From Phototrophicaceae bacterium (lineage in GTDB: Bacteria; Chloroflexota; Anaerolineae; Aggregatilineales; Phototrophicaceae), in assembly GCA_965243795.1 (NCBI GenBank), contig OZ251576.1, positions 3,156,810 through 3,220,809 on the forward strand: a stretch of DNA of 64,000 bases, read 5' to 3'. Position numbers and translations under genes: made by a program. The notes under the pieces are model-generated. The model saw only the letters and a list, made by a program, of their open reading frames with translations, made no database searches and was not told the origin of the DNA. Position 1 is the stretch's first letter; the number at the start of each line of letters is the position of its first letter. Shown in pieces: positions 19,192-27,277 of the stretch.

Positions 19192-20622
19192 ATGATTCCC
19201 AAAAACTTCACCGGCTATATCGCCGTCGTCAAAGAGGAGTGCGCCACCTGCCGATTGATTGAATCGGTTTTAGCCGACCTGCGCCCGCTCCGCGTCTATT
19301 CACAGGACAATCCCCATTTTCCAGCCAGCCTGGAGGATGTGATGGACGACCGCCAGCTTGAGCTTTCCTATCGGCTAAACATCGAGATTGTGCCGACTCT
19401 GATTCAAGTCGAGGCCGGCGCGGAGATCGACCGTCTGGTCGGCTGGCAGCGCGAGGACTGGCGCCGATTGACCGGACGGCCGACGCTGGGCGATGACCTG
19501 CCCGAATTCAGCCCTGGCTGCGGCTCAAAATCACTTGACCCCGGCCTGCCGGAAAAATTGGCCTACAAGTATGGCGATACACCCTTGCAGTCGCGGCGCA
19601 TTGAAGTGGCCCAGCTTGAGGACGAATGCGAACTCATCTATGCGCGCGGCTGGTCGGACGGTCTGCCAGTTGTGCCGCCCACAGAAGCGCGCGTGCTGCG
19701 GATGTTAAACGGCTCCTCCCGCTCGCCCGATGAGATCCTTGGCATCGTCCCGCCCAATCAAGTCGCCTGCACCGTCGAAAAAGCCGCCATCAATGCCGTC
19801 ATGGCCGGCTGCCGTCCAGAATATCTGCCGGTGGTGCTGGCGGCGGTCGAAGCGGCCTGCCTGGATGCCTTCTGCATGCACGGCCTGCTGGCCACCACCT
19901 ACTTCTCCGGCCCCATCGTTATCGTCAACGGCCCCATCGCCGACAAAATCGGCATGAACGGGGGCATCAATGCGCTGGGACAGGGCAACCGCGCCAATTC
20001 CACCATCGGCCGCGCCTTGCAGCTGGTGATTCGCAATGTCGGCGGCGGCCAACCAGGCGGAGTCGACCGCGCCGCCTTGGGCCAGCCCGGCAAAGTCGGC
20101 TTCTGCTTCCCCGAACGCGAACATGATTCGCACTGGGAATCGCTGGCCGTCGAGCGCGGCTTTTCGGCCGACGAATCGACCGTTACCCTCTTCGCCGGCG
20201 GCGGTGTCTACCCTGTCGCCGACCAAAAATCGCGCCGTCCCGAATCGCTGACTCGCAGCATCGCCCTCACCCTGCGAACCCTCGTTCACAGCAAATTGGC
20301 GCCCGCCGCCGATGCCATCCTGATTATCACGCCCGAACACATGCGCGTCTTCCGTCAAGCCCAATGGACAAAAGCCCGCTTCCGTCAAGAACTCAATCGG
20401 CATCTGACCTTCCGCGGCCAAGACATCCTGCGCGGCGCTGATGGCATCGACGAAGGCCTGCCGCCGCAATACGCCCAGACCACCCTGAACAAGTTCCGTC
20501 CTGGCGGCCTGCTGATTGTCCACGCTGGCGGCGCGGCCGGCATGTGGTCGGCCGTCATCGGCGGTTGGCCAGCCACCGGCAGCAAAGGCAGTTCCCCCGT
20601 CACCGTCACCGTCAAATCGTAA
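19192..20622 (+). CDS. Thioredoxin-like CxxC N-terminal domain fused to an uncharacterised domain of about 330 aa
   Basis: N-terminus VVKEECATCRLIESVL (CxxC in a Trx-like context). The C-terminal domain carries GWSDGLPVVPPTEARVLRML. The gene ends 19 nt before the selenoprotein gene. Confidence 0.7.
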   Translation: MIPKNFTGYIAVVKEECATCRLIESVLADLRPLRVYSQDNPHFPASLEDVMDDRQLELSYRLNIEIVPTLIQVEAGAEIDRLVGWQREDWRRLTGRPTLGDDLPEFSPGCGSKSLDPGLPEKLAYKYGDTPLQSRRIEVAQLEDECELIYARGWSDGLPVVPPTEARVLRMLNGSSRSPDEILGIVPPNQVACTVEKAAINAVMAGCRPEYLPVVLAAVEAACLDAFCMHGLLATTYFSGPIVIVNGPIADKIGMNGGINALGQGNRANSTIGRALQLVIRNVGGGQPGGVDRAALGQPGKVGFCFPEREHDSHWESLAVERGFSADESTVTLFAGGGVYPVADQKSRRPESLTRSIALTLRTLVHSKLAPAADAILIITPEHMRVFRQAQWTKARFRQELNRHLTFRGQDILRGADGIDEGLPPQYAQTTLNKFRPGGLLIVHAGGAAGMWSAVIGGWPATGSKGSSPVTVTVKS

Positions 20623-20641
20623 ATTCATCAAGGAGGCTCTC

Positions 20642-21154
20642 ATGCCCGTATTATTGGATCCAACCAACGAATCGCAGCCCATGCCGCGCGAGCGTCTGCC
20701 CCGACCGCAGTCCTTGGCCGGCAAAACCGTCGCCCTGCTGGATATTTCCAAGCCCCGCGGCGACGTCTTTTTGGATTGCCTCGATCACAAACTGAAGGCG
20801 ATGGGCCTTGACGTGCGCCGCTATCGCAAGCCGACCTTCGCCCGCCTGGCGCCCGTCGACCTGAAACATCGGATCGCCGCCGAATGCGATCTCGTGATCG
20901 AAGCGCTGGCCGATTGAGGCTCATGTACGTCGTGCAGTGTGCATGACATCACTGATTTAGAAGGGCGCGGCCTGCCTGGCATGTTTATCGCTTCGACCGA
21001 ATTCGCTGAAGCCGCCGCCGCCCAAAGCCAAGCGCTTGGTTTCGAACCCGCCGTCTGCTATGTGCCGCATCCGATCCAAGACCGCAGCGACGATGAAATC
21101 CGCGCCTTGGCCGAGGCCGCCTTTGATGAGATTCTGGCCCAGATTATCGCCTAG
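20642..21154 (+). CDS. UGSC-motif selenoprotein (170 aa) with in-frame UGA at 20915-20917 read as selenocysteine
   Basis: AAGGAGG lies 8 nt before ATG 20642. ORFs 20516..20917 and 20939..21154 are in the same frame and are separated only by a TGA. The junction reads EALAD-U-GSCTSCSVHD. A hairpin follows directly downstream, and selA is present at 51367-52725. Confidence 0.7.
20921..20946 (+). promoter_or_regulatory. Candidate SECIS hairpin
   Basis: UCAUGUAC-GUCGUGCAGU-GUGCAUGA forms an 8-bp stem (one G-U pair) with a 10-nt loop. It starts 4 nt after the UGA. Confidence 0.5.
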
Positions 21155-21155
21155 G

Positions 21156-22397
21156 CTATTCATAGCGGCTGATGACTAAGGCCGTATTATGGCCGCCAAA
21201 GCCGAATGAATTGCTCAAAACATGGTCAATCGGATGTTCGCGGCCGATATTGGGCGTGTAATCCAAGTCGCATTCAGGGTCGGCCGTCTCCAGGTTAATC
21301 GTCGGCGGCACAAAATTATCCTCAATCGCTTTCACGGCGAAGATGGCTTCAGTGGCGGCCGTGGCGCCCAGGATATGCCCGGTCATCGACTTGGTGGAGC
21401 TTATCGGGATATTATAAGCCTGCTCGTCCAGCGCCAGCTTGATGGCCAGGGTTTCGCTTTTGTCATTTAGCTGCGTGCCAGTCCCATGCGCGTTGATGTA
21501 GTCAATCTCGCTGGGGCCGATTCGCGCTTCTCGCAGGGCGCGGCGCATGGCTTCGGCGGCATCCACGCCATCCGGGTTGGGCGCCGTGACATGAAAAGCG
21601 TCCGATGTGTGGCCATAGCCGGTCAGTTCAGCGTAGATTCTCGCGCCGCGCGCTAGGGCATGGTCGAGGTCTTCAAGCACCAGCAGGGCGGCGCCTTCAG
21701 CGGCCACGAATCCATCCCGATGAGCATCGAAAGGCCGCGACGCCTTTTCTGGGATATCTTCGCTGACGCTCAATACCTTCATATTGTTGAAGCCGCTGAT
21801 GACCATGGGCATAATGCAGGCCTCGCTGCCGCCGGCGACCATGACCTTGGCGCGGCCCATGCGAATTATATCCGCCGCATCCCCCAGCGTATTGTTGCTG
21901 GTCGCGCAGGCCGCCGTGATGTTGTAGTTCGGCCCCTTCAGCCCAAAGCGCATCGAAACCCGCGAGCTGATCCCGTCATGCAGCAGCGCCGGCACAATCA
22001 CCGGACTGACGCCGCGATGTCCCCGCGCATCAAAGCCATAAAGCGCCTGAACAACCGTCGTAATGCCGCCAATGCCCGTGCCGACCACCGTCCCTATGTC
22101 GTATTGATTGTCGGGGGTGATTTCGATGCCGGCGTCTTGCAGGGACTCCTCGGCGGCCATCAGCGCCAGCATTTGCGCCCGATCCATCCGCCGCATCTCC
22201 CGCCGGCCAAATTTGGCGGCCAAATCGAGATTCTTGACCTCGCCGGCCGTGCGATTGGCGACAAGTTCGGCGTCAAACAGGGTAATCCAGTCGATGCCCG
22301 ATTGCCCGGCCCGAATCCGCGCCCATGACTCGGCGACGGTATTTCCCACCGGACTGACCAATCCCATGCCTGTGATGACGACCCGCGTTCCCTTCAT
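21156..22397 (-). CDS. fabF: Beta-ketoacyl-ACP synthase II
   Basis: VVITGMGLVSPVGN..., active-site context ITAACATSNN, INAHGTGTQLNDKSE and NSFGFGGHN. Confidence 0.9.
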   Translation of the reverse strand: MKGTRVVITGMGLVSPVGNTVAESWARIRAGQSGIDWITLFDAELVANRTAGEVKNLDLAAKFGRREMRRMDRAQMLALMAAEESLQDAGIEITPDNQYDIGTVVGTGIGGITTVVQALYGFDARGHRGVSPVIVPALLHDGISSRVSMRFGLKGPNYNITAACATSNNTLGDAADIIRMGRAKVMVAGGSEACIMPMVISGFNNMKVLSVSEDIPEKASRPFDAHRDGFVAAEGAALLVLEDLDHALARGARIYAELTGYGHTSDAFHVTAPNPDGVDAAEAMRRALREARIGPSEIDYINAHGTGTQLNDKSETLAIKLALDEQAYNIPISSTKSMTGHILGATAATEAIFAVKAIEDNFVPPTINLETADPECDLDYTPNIGREHPIDHVLSNSFGFGGHNTALVISRYE

Positions 22398-22492
22398 GGA
22401 ACATCTTCCTTGACTGCCAGCAGTTTCATGCTGTTTATCAATAATCCCCCGCCGCGCCCCATCTCGCCTTTTTACGCTGATCCTTGACCGAC

Positions 22493-23773
22493 CTATGCGG
22501 GCCCAGCGATGGCCGTCGCCATCTCGGCCGGCTTCAGATAGTTTCGCGCCGCCTTGAGCAGGTCTTCTTTGGTGATGCGATAAATGCTGTCCTTGTAATC
22601 CGCCAGATAATCCAAGCCCAGACCATAGCTTTCCATGCTGTGAATATGGGAGGCGAGTCCCTCATTGCTTTCCAGCCGCAAAGGCAGCCGCCCAGTAAAA
22701 TAGCTCTGATTGTCGGCCAGGTCATCGTCCGATACCGTCTCGCTGATGAGCCGTTCGATCTCTTCCATGATGCTGGCCAGCGCCAGTTCCACATTATCGG
22801 GGCTGACCCCAGCGCTGACCGCCCACGGATCAGGCCCATGGCCGCTGCCAAGCTGACTGAAAGCGTAATAGGCCAGGCCCTTTTGTTCGCGGACGTTCTT
22901 GCCGATGCGCCCCATCATCCCAAATTCTCCGAGGATGCTGTTGGCCAGCTGCGCCGGCAGATAATCCGCGGCCTGACGCGCCGGCCCGATTGCGCCCATT
23001 TTGATATCCGACTGCGTTTTGCCCGGCACCGCCACAAACTGACGCTGACTGCCGACCAGCTTGTTTGGCGCAGTGACCGCGGCCACCGCCGGCTGGTGAG
23101 GATTCTGCCAGTCGCCAAACAATTCCGCCACCTGCTGAATCACCTCGTCAGTCTGGATGGCGCCGACAATCACCAGGATCATCCCGCGCGGCCCGAAATG
23201 CGTCTCGCGGTAGTGCATCAGGTCGCCGCGGCTAATTGCGGCTGTGGTTTCTTCGGTGCCATGCGTGCCATAGTGATAGGGATGCGGCTGTGGATAAAGC
23301 GTCTCGCGCATGGCTTTGGCGGCCCGATAGCGGGTGTCAAAACTGCTGTATTGCAGCCAGGTCAGCCGTTCGCCGCGCAGCCGTTCAATATGCTCGTCGG
23401 GGAAGATCGGCTGACGCAGCGCATCATTGGCGATCTCAAGCAGCCGCGGCAAATCTTCGGCCAGCGACTTGCCAAACAAGCCGATTTTATGCACATCGCC
23501 GCGCACAGCAAACTCGGCGCCGATGTCTTCCAGCGCGCTGTGAATGTCATCGAAACTGCGATTGGCTGTGCCGGTCATCAGCGCCAGCGCCGTCAGTGAG
23601 GCCAGTCCGCTTTTGTCGGGACTCTCATAAATGCCGCCAGCGTGAATCGAGCCCATGATATTGACCGAGCGCACCGCCGCATTTTCATAGACCAGCAGGG
23701 TCAGGCCGTTGTCCAGCTTGACGCGGCTTATGCTGCCAGAGTGAGGGAAATCATTCGTTGGGTTCATCAGCAA
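22493..23773 (-). CDS. M16 (pitrilysin) family peptidase-like protein; I saw no HxxEH zinc motif
   Basis: M16 fold blocks are present (LDNGLTLLVYENAAVRSVNIMGSIHAGGIYE...). The position of the zinc motif reads LTALALMTGT. Confidence 0.7.
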   Translation of the reverse strand: MLMNPTNDFPHSGSISRVKLDNGLTLLVYENAAVRSVNIMGSIHAGGIYESPDKSGLASLTALALMTGTANRSFDDIHSALEDIGAEFAVRGDVHKIGLFGKSLAEDLPRLLEIANDALRQPIFPDEHIERLRGERLTWLQYSSFDTRYRAAKAMRETLYPQPHPYHYGTHGTEETTAAISRGDLMHYRETHFGPRGMILVIVGAIQTDEVIQQVAELFGDWQNPHQPAVAAVTAPNKLVGSQRQFVAVPGKTQSDIKMGAIGPARQAADYLPAQLANSILGEFGMMGRIGKNVREQKGLAYYAFSQLGSGHGPDPWAVSAGVSPDNVELALASIMEEIERLISETVSDDDLADNQSYFTGRLPLRLESNEGLASHIHSMESYGLGLDYLADYKDSIYRITKEDLLKAARNYLKPAEMATAIAGPA

Positions 23774-23862
23774 AATGAGACTGTCAATTCATCTTATATC
23801 ACACGGGCTACTTTACACAAACTTATCCTGCCTGTCAACATGCCGCGATGATGGCAGAACTT

Positions 23863-24015
23863 GTTTTATGCGCGTTTTATGCGCGAAAGGAAAACTTTTT
23901 CGCGCATAAAGCGATTTCACTTTATGCTATGCAGTTCTTTATACCGCGTTTGCGGGCCGAAGAGGTGACTAAACGTTCGCAGTTTTGGTTTTCGCATGTC
24001 TTTATTTTTTACCAT
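23863..24015 (+). repeat. Intergenic repeat core, copy 2 (no tandem array attached)
   Basis: It contains a 12-bp-stem hairpin, TTATGCGCGAAA (23877-23888) pairing with TTTCGCGCATAA (23898-23909). It ends in CGCAGTTTTGGTTTTCGCATGTCTTTATTTTTTACCA, as copy 3 does. Confidence 0.85.
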
Positions 24016-24216
24016 TCCCCAATGATGGGCATGGCAGACAGCTGCAACTTCAAGCAAAAGGACATGAGGCCGTCATCCTGGGCAAAGGACAAATCGCGCT
24101 GATTCCAGCCCGCGTTGAGTCACTCTCTATTCAAGTCGCCGGGACCGCTCCGCGCTCATGCCAAAGCCCCGCCTTGTAATCATGTGATTGCGGAGCAGGT
24201 ATGCAGATAAAAAGAA

Positions 24217-26238
24217 TTATTCGATCAATTTTTCTAGTCTTTTTTCGATCCACTTAGCAAATCGATGTTCCCAGTCATCAATCCGATTTCGTATGGCTCT
24301 CCCATCCTTTAACTCCAATATAAAAAATACGAGTAGAACTAACCACAAACAAACTAATACAAACTGGATTCCTGGAGTTTGCTCATTAAGGTCAATTATC
24401 GACAATACGTCAAGAGGAGAACTAACAAGCAAAAACAAAATACTTGCAAGGCCTAAAATGAATCTTACGCCAGTAAATAATGGTTTTGCCCATCGTTTTG
24501 ATCGCGCTTTTCTATTCTTCGCCGCTCTCTGCTGTGTTTCAAAGAGTTCTTGTCTCTTACGTTGCTCGTTTTCAAGTTTTTGGGTCAGTGCTAGCGTGCG
24601 CGCATCTGCTTGGCTTTGTAGCTCAGCTTGTTTGCGCGAAGCCTCATCCAATGCTTCTTGTTGGAATTTCGTTTTTACAGCTTTCCGGATTTCCTGAACT
24701 GCCCCTTCGGTCAATATCTCAGGTGATCCATGTGTGATCTCCATCAATGAATTTCTTGCTTCCTGAGTATAGCGAAAGGCATAATAATCATCTGACTTGA
24801 TTTCACGGCGCGCTTGTAATTGCTCGATTTTCTTGACATATATTTTCCATAAATAGGGGTCTGGTTGAGTTGCGGCGTAAGCGTCCGCAATTATTTGTTT
24901 TCGCGGCATATCAGGGAGAGAATCGGGCCTTGTTAGCCAAAGCAAGTTTGCGACAGTGAAATCTGTCAGACAATGTGTCACAGTATTCGCCGGTTCATCA
25001 AAGTACTCATGAGATGATCTTAAAAGCGCAACATTGTGTGTAACGAAAATAGCTTTGCAATCCTCAATTTTGTTAAATGATTTACCTTTTCGCAGACGAT
25101 GAATTGAAGCAACGGAGTCAACATCATTTCTTATTTGTCTTATTTGTTTGCTTCTGTCTGCATTAGCATTACTTGAATATTTATCAGACAGAAGAGTTTC
25201 CAATCGATCTTCATCTATTACATATTCTCTCACATATTCAGGTTTATCTCTGATTTCGATGCCTAGTGCACCAAGATTATCTTCTACAGTTTGCAGCTCC
25301 AACAATATGTCGGACGGCGTATAGCCTTTTCCCATCATAAAGTCAATAGAAAAAGCTAGCCGACCATATGCTTGACCTATGTTTCCGCTCTCAATTATTT
25401 TCGAGCATGCAAATAAGATATTCTCAACTTCTTCAACATTATGAGCAAAGCACCGCATCTTCGCGCCGGTCAATTTAAGTGCCGAAAGCAATTCGCCGCG
25501 TAACTCTTGTTTTGTCTTGCCTTGATAGCCCAGCGCCTCAATCAAAAATGGTGTGTCAAAATAGAACGATGTCGTCCATCGTTTCTTGATACTCTTGTTG
25601 TTGTCAGGCAAATATAAAACATTTACAAGCATCATACCCTTAAGAACTGTCTCAAGATATTCTAATTCCTTGCCTTGATTCCGCGATATATGCGTGACAA
25701 ACGAGCCTACCATGTATTTATGCGTAGGATCACGCGATGATTGAAGAGGGATGATGGGTTGTGTTTTAGATAACATTGCATTGAGGAGTGCAACCTGATG
25801 TTCTGCTAAGAATCCCTCCAACAGATTTTCGGCATCTTGTCGTGTAATATTCCTGCTAAATTCAGACTCACAGTATTCGACCATATTATCAATAAGGGAG
25901 TCGTACTTTTCTAGCACGTTAGCTTGCATATCTGAGAAATTTCTATTCCTGAGTTTCTCGCGATTAGGTGTATAATATCGGTTCTCGCGACGGATTAACT
26001 TGCGCCTCTCCAATCTACGAAGCAAACTGTCTATGACACCCGTTGGTAATTTGAGTCCAAAAATTCTCTGAAATTCAACCTGCAATTCGTTAATTGCAAG
26101 AACAGATTCATCGTGCTGTGAGATAACTTCAGCTAACATTTCCGAGAACGGATACAGATAGCCCTTACTTCTATCCTTATCCCAATTTGCCATGAGTATC
26201 GCTAGACTAGCGATAATATGTTCTTGCTCGTTTCTCAT
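24217..26238 (-). CDS. Unknown 673-aa protein: N-terminal wHTH-like region, central PIN-like motif set, coiled coil, two C-terminal TM helices
   Basis: Long ORF in a markedly AT-rich segment. Motifs: LPTGVIDSLLRRLERRKLIRRENRYYTPN (wHTH-like); FYFD228TPFLIEALG, HNVE269E270VENIL, IRND372VDSVASI and AIFVT400HN (VapC/PIN-like pattern); a charged heptad-like stretch at about 515-580; hydrophobic helices at about 586-607 and about 623-642. Confidence 0.8.
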   Translation of the reverse strand: MRNEQEHIIASLAILMANWDKDRSKGYLYPFSEMLAEVISQHDESVLAINELQVEFQRIFGLKLPTGVIDSLLRRLERRKLIRRENRYYTPNREKLRNRNFSDMQANVLEKYDSLIDNMVEYCESEFSRNITRQDAENLLEGFLAEHQVALLNAMLSKTQPIIPLQSSRDPTHKYMVGSFVTHISRNQGKELEYLETVLKGMMLVNVLYLPDNNKSIKKRWTTSFYFDTPFLIEALGYQGKTKQELRGELLSALKLTGAKMRCFAHNVEEVENILFACSKIIESGNIGQAYGRLAFSIDFMMGKGYTPSDILLELQTVEDNLGALGIEIRDKPEYVREYVIDEDRLETLLSDKYSSNANADRSKQIRQIRNDVDSVASIHRLRKGKSFNKIEDCKAIFVTHNVALLRSSHEYFDEPANTVTHCLTDFTVANLLWLTRPDSLPDMPRKQIIADAYAATQPDPYLWKIYVKKIEQLQARREIKSDDYYAFRYTQEARNSLMEITHGSPEILTEGAVQEIRKAVKTKFQQEALDEASRKQAELQSQADARTLALTQKLENEQRKRQELFETQQRAAKNRKARSKRWAKPLFTGVRFILGLASILFLLVSSPLDVLSIIDLNEQTPGIQFVLVCLWLVLLVFFILELKDGRAIRNRIDDWEHRFAKWIEKRLEKLIE

Positions 26239-26418
26239 TTAGATGACCTTAAATTTTTTGGAAATCTGGCTTCTTAGTCCAGACACGAGGTCAGATCGGG
26301 CGCGGGCGTTTTCATCCAGCGAGCGTTCAACATAATTGATTAGCCACTTGCCGAATGCCAACGCGCCGATGCCCAGTCCGATGACTTCAAGCTGGAGGGT
26401 TTGCAGAATGTCCATCAT
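26239..26418 (-). CDS. Small membrane protein (59 aa), missing from the ORF track because it is under 60 aa
   Basis: Own translation: MMDILQTLQLEVIGLGIGALAFGKWLINYVERSLDENARARSDLVSGLRSQISKKFKVI. AGGA lies upstream of the ATG. Its TAA (26239-26241) directly abuts the ATG of the 673-aa gene (26236-26238). Confidence 0.6.
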   Translation of the reverse strand: MMDILQTLQLEVIGLGIGALAFGKWLINYVERSLDENARARSDLVSGLRSQISKKFKVI

Positions 26419-26433
26419 TTATTCCTGTCCGGC

Positions 26434-26886
26434 CTAGGGAACACAATGATCACTGTCAAATCCTACACTTATCAGGGCAACCGCTTCCTGAGGATGCAGT
26501 CCGAGTTTGAGCAACTTGTTAAAGCCAAGTTTTCGATCAAACTCTTTTTGACGGCAATTTTCATATTCCCATCTTTCCTTCTGAGTTCTCCTCTCATGGC
26601 GAAAACAGTTATCCACAGAATAATGACGAAGCTCATTAAAATCATGCTCAATTTGCCTTATTTCTGCATCCGTCAGCGTCAAGCGAGATCGAATCTCTGC
26701 CTTGACCCCTGCTGCGACCCGGGTTGCAACCCGCGCGTCAAATTCCGCTTCAATTCGCTCGACAACCGCTCGCCCACCAAAAAATATCCCAAAACCTGCA
26801 AGCCCTATAACAGTGCAGAACCCAAGCAAGACCAATACATCCACCAAGCCTGGCCCATGCTTCGTCGTTCCCTGTCTCTTATCCAT
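26434..26886 (-). CDS. Unknown 150-aa protein: N-terminal TM helix plus a charged helical region
   Basis: I prefer ATG 26884-26886 (MDKRQGTT...) because AGGAGGAG lies 5 nt upstream. TM helix LVDVLVLLGFCTVIGLAGFGIFFGG. The rest is Glu/Arg-rich. It ends 15 nt before the 59-aa ORF. Confidence 0.65.
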   Translation of the reverse strand: MDKRQGTTKHGPGLVDVLVLLGFCTVIGLAGFGIFFGGRAVVERIEAEFDARVATRVAAGVKAEIRSRLTLTDAEIRQIEHDFNELRHYSVDNCFRHERRTQKERWEYENCRQKEFDRKLGFNKLLKLGLHPQEAVALISVGFDSDHCVP

Positions 26887-26994
26887 GCTACTCCTCCTCA
26901 TCTGCTAACAGATCGCTGAGCTCGGCGGCCTTCGCCACATCCATACCGCCCTTGACCAGCGAGTCAAAGTACAGGCACAGCCGGCCATAAGTTA

Positions 26995-27024
26995 ATTATA
27001 CAACAGACAATCGACGAAACACAA
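26995..27024 (-). promoter_or_regulatory. Candidate sigma70-type promoter for the three-gene operon
   Basis: Minus strand reads TTGTGT (27019-27024), an 18-nt spacer, then TATAAT (26995-27000), about 100 nt upstream of ATG 26886. Confidence 0.35.
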
Positions 27025-27277
27025 GGCTTAATGCTTTAGAGAGTGGTAGACATTCACCACTTTATACGCGCCATGATCCGCCACGCCATGCCGCACCATT
27101 CACTGACCTGGCGGGCATTGAATGTCCCGCGATTGCCTTGGACAGTGTACGCGGCAACATTTTGGCCAAGCCCCCCAGCGGCCAGACGCTAACAGGAATA
27201 TGACGTCCCTCTAACACCCTTTCGATAGTATCCCCCGACAATCAAAGCATTGATATAAGAACGCGAAGGGGTGGAAC

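Noticed and set aside
20516-21154. Two separate small genes, 20516..20917 and 20939..21154
   Set aside because: The first start lies inside the upstream gene with no SD. The second starts at a GTG with no SD. The same frame, a single TGA between them, the UGSC junction motif and the downstream hairpin all favour one selenoprotein gene starting at 20642.
26888-26998. Coding-looking minus-strand frame ...YGRLCLYFDSLVKGGMDVAKAAELSDLLADEEE* ending just before the 150-aa gene
   Set aside because: Only about 35 codons are open between TAA and TAG. There is no usable start except an ATG giving 18 aa. It is more likely a 5' UTR downstream of the TATAAT box, or a remnant of a disrupted gene.
27042-27061. 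Inverted repeat AGTGGT-N8-ACCACT upstream of clpB, considered as a heat-shock operator
   Set aside because: It matches neither the CIRCE (TTAGCACTC-N9-GAGTGCTAA) nor the HAIR (CTTGAGT-N7-ACTCAAG) consensus. It has only 6-bp arms, lies about 215 nt from the clpB start, and sits equally close to the divergent operon promoter. That is too weak to call.
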